From assembly GCA_963701095.1 (NCBI GenBank), contig OY969564.1, forward strand, positions 32,001-96,000: a DNA stretch of 64,000 bases, written 5' to 3'. The notes under the pieces are model-generated. The model was not told where the DNA came from. It made no database searches and saw nothing but the letters and a program-made list of their open reading frames with translations. Positions 63,025-64,000 of this stretch are shown here, piece after piece. Source of the stretch: an uncultured Methanoregulaceae archaeon. GTDB taxonomy: Archaea; Halobacteriota; Methanomicrobia; Methanomicrobiales; Methanospirillaceae. How positions within the stretch are numbered: the first letter of the stretch is position 1; each line of letters begins with the position of its first letter. The translations under genes and the position numbers were made by a program.

Positions 63025-63783
63025 CTACTCTGAAAGGTCTTTTTTCAGGAAAATGACTTTTGTCATGTCAAAATTTCGCATTTTTTTGATGTTTTCGAGC
63101 TGGCTGTTATCTTTGTCAATCATCTCTTTTTCGATGCCATCGGCAATCGCCGTTATAGGTTGTGCCAGATCGAAGGCTCTCTTCGGCATACCAATCTTAC
63201 CGCTTGGGTTTGTACAGTGTTTGATCCAGCCTTTTTCGACAAGGTACTGTGTCGCTGCGCTTACATTGGACTGGAATGTATCGGTTCCGGACTCAATCTC
63301 CTGAAGGGTAGCTCGTGGTGTGTTTGCAAGAAACACCAGCACCTGGGCCACCGGTTTTTTTATGCCACTTTTGACTAACAGACTGATTGACTCTTTTCTC
63401 TTCGGATAATGACTGAGGTTGTTCCGGAATTTTCTGATATGAGTGAGTCGGACACCGGCTTCTTTTTTCTTCTCCGATTCGATACCGTCCAAAATAACAG
63501 TTATGGGCTTTTTGAGCTGCCAGACGTTTGTCGGCCGAAAATTTTGACCTGAGGTGGTCTCATGGCTTTTGATCCAGTCCTGATCCATCAGGTACTTTAT
63601 TGTCACGCTGGCGTCAGGCTGACGAAGGCCAATTCCCTGTTCAATGTCCTGAAACGTCCCTTCTGAAGTGCTTGAAAGGAACGCAAGCACCATTGCCCCG
63701 TGTTCCTTCACACCGGTACTGATCAGGAGATTGACGAACTCCTCACCCTCCTTTGTAAAATACTGAATGTTTTCTTGTTTCAT
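63025..63783 (-). CDS. Tandem-duplicated COG4738-like wHTH regulator
   Basis: Two copies of LL..G...A.VL.FL...T.Q.IE.G....Q..S...YL...WIK; homologous to 25101-25475. Confidence 0.8.
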   Translation of the reverse strand: MKQENIQYFTKEGEEFVNLLISTGVKEHGAMVLAFLSSTSEGTFQDIEQGIGLRQPDASVTIKYLMDQDWIKSHETTSGQNFRPTNVWQLKKPITVILDGIESEKKKEAGVRLTHIRKFRNNLSHYPKRKESISLLVKSGIKKPVAQVLVFLANTPRATLQEIESGTDTFQSNVSAATQYLVEKGWIKHCTNPSGKIGMPKRAFDLAQPITAIADGIEKEMIDKDNSQLENIKKMRNFDMTKVIFLKKDLSE

Positions 63784-63863
63784 TATACGCCTGTTTTTTT
63801 CCGGGCAACTGCATATCCGAATTAGGGGAAATTATTTAGAGAATAGAACCATCGTTGCATAAA

Positions 63864-63938
63864 TGCTGCTATGGGGATTTGAACCCCAGTCGCGGGCGTG
63901 AAAGGCCCGCATGATTGGCCGGTCTACACTATAGCAGC
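63864..63938 (-). tRNA. tRNA-Glu (TTC)
   Basis: GCTGCTA acceptor stem, GCGGGC-CTTTCAC-GCCCGC anticodon arm, GGTTCAAATCC T arm; CCA not encoded. Confidence 0.95.
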
Positions 63939-64000
63939 GCGTTGCTCTAACTAGTTTTACTCGTCCCGATAAATAGGTTATGGAAGCGACCGGTGAGCTG

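Overview
Archaeal chromosome segment, most consistent with a Methanomicrobiales (Methanoregula-like) methanogen. This is inferred from gene families (ADH synthase and type II DHQ synthase route, PAN, aMBF1, DUF2115, REC-PAS kinases, PKD/PEGA surface proteins). It carries a complete aromatic amino-acid operon, two PAN proteasome ATPases, a ppk1-CHAD-ppx polyphosphate locus, a cimA-ilvBN operon, bacterial-type gpmA/pgk/uppP genes, a split Mg2+-transport module, serS, surface proteins and tRNA-Glu(TTC). About 11 genes carry single-base frameshifts that look like assembly errors. The main discovery is below the size cutoff of the ORF track. Both amino-acid biosynthesis operons are preceded by a short upstream ORF rich in the pathway's own product: MSLCSSVFGFFSYFRFRFYSWYR before the aromatic operon and MAKPSGFCLCEISDIHLPYFIIQIIVSIRA before cimA-ilvBN. 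In both, the TAA stop runs directly into a hairpin that covers the Shine-Dalgarno site of the first gene. This looks like leader-peptide (attenuation-like) control in an archaeon. A third structured leader with an upstream ORF precedes the Mg2+ transporter operon. All product calls come from motif recognition by eye; no database searches were run.
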